Shown piece after piece: positions 58,645 to 59,147 of a stretch of 59,147 nucleotides of DNA; positions within the stretch are counted from its first letter, which is position 1, and every line of letters begins with the position of its first letter. The stretch spans positions 1 to 59,147 of the forward strand of contig CAZEDK010000002.1 in the NCBI GenBank assembly GCA_964511025.1. The letters are read 5' to 3'. Below the pieces are notes generated by a model that was not told the origin of the DNA, searched no databases, and saw nothing but the letters and a program-made list of their open reading frames with translations. Both the position numbers and the translations under genes were made by a program. The stretch is from an uncultured Candidatus Peribacteria bacterium (GTDB lineage Bacteria; Patescibacteriota; Gracilibacteria; UBA1369; GWF2-33-10).

Positions 58645-59147
58645 CTAAATCCTGATATCAACAACTTTAGTGCAGTCCGGTATCTGTTGTACTTTCTCAA
58701 CATCCAATTCTTTTGTTAGCAAGAGAAAGTCGGGGATGTATGTATTTATCTCCTCGATACCTATTACATGATACCCAAATATCCTTATCTTCGTTTCATC
58801 ATCGACAATTGCAACAAGTTCCAGTTCTTTATCCTGGATAACAAGATAAGCCAACTCCATCAAATCTGTAACTCCGTAAAGAGCAACTCGTTTTTTGTCA
58901 TTAAATGGAATACTGCCAATCTTGTCTTCAACATCTTTCCGAACTGCCTTATAGAAATGAAAATTTCTGTCAAAAAATTTATATGCCAGTTGTGTTTTCT
59001 CTGCAATCCCTTTTGGCGTTAAAATATATTTCATCCTCCTAGAATTTACCCCCAACATCTTTACCAGTCCTCTTTTAGTAAGCTTTTTTAACGCAAAATT
59101 TATTGACGCAACATTAATACCCATCTGCGACGATAACTGACGTTGAG
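58645..59147 (-). CDS. MarR-family, EPS-associated winged-helix regulator fused to a Rossmann-like C-terminal domain; 5' end lies outside the window
   Basis: The frame stays open upstream of the tracked Met to the window edge (..QRQLSSQMGINVASINFALKKLTKRGLVKM..), which matches the wHTH core of EPS-type MarR regulators. The C-terminal part, RVALYGVTDLMELAYLVIQDKELELVAIVDDE...IFGYHVIGIEEI, resembles the N-terminal Rossmann-like module of NeuD/PglD or polyprenyl-P sugar transferases. Confidence 0.65.
   Translation of the reverse strand, partial: QRQLSSQMGINVASINFALKKLTKRGLVKMLGVNSRRMKYILTPKGIAEKTQLAYKFFDRNFHFYKAVRKDVEDKIGSIPFNDKKRVALYGVTDLMELAYLVIQDKELELVAIVDDETKIRIFGYHVIGIEEINTYIPDFLLLTKELDVEKVQQIPDCTKVVDIRI

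Overview
This 59.1-kb AT-rich window is an almost gap-free array of about 48 genes. Every credible CDS is on the minus strand, and the plus-strand ORFs in the track are antisense shadows. I found no rRNA or intact tRNA genes, no CRISPR array, and no transposase or integrase.

The content is a very large surface-glycan (EPS, O-antigen or protein-glycan type) biosynthesis cluster. Read in the direction of transcription, from high to low coordinates, it contains:
- a MarR/EPS-type regulator (5' end off the window), then gmd, fcl and a Wzx flippase;
- an FkbM methyltransferase, a sulfotransferase and a GT4-like glycosyltransferase;
- an Rmd/Gmd-like SDR and an orphan ThDP E1 alpha/beta pair;
- an aldo-keto reductase fused to a ParB/Srx-like domain;
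- a block of SDRs, an RmlC-like epimerase and a GHMP kinase, interleaved with cobalamin-type radical SAM enzymes;
- two copies of an AsnB-like / large polytopic membrane protein / GtrB-like GT2 module;
- a complete neuC-neuB-neuA nonulosonic-acid module;
- GT2, GT4 and GT9 transferases;
- a module of radical SAM, split minimal transketolase, radical SAM.

The outstanding feature is the density of radical SAM genes. There are 12 with a visible CX3CX2C motif. Seven have the class B (B12-binding domain) architecture and five look like SPASM/twitch types. One of the five is a partial gene at 1..361 that is missing from the ORF track.

I interpret this as a candidate undescribed pathway for a glycan heavily tailored by radical chemistry (C-methylated, branched, deoxygenated, amidated, sulfated). 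A decayed 5' fragment of one radical SAM gene (13097..13351) and an adjacent 0.8-kb gene desert mark a recombination scar.

All family calls come from motifs read by eye. No database search was possible, and the taxon cannot be assigned.
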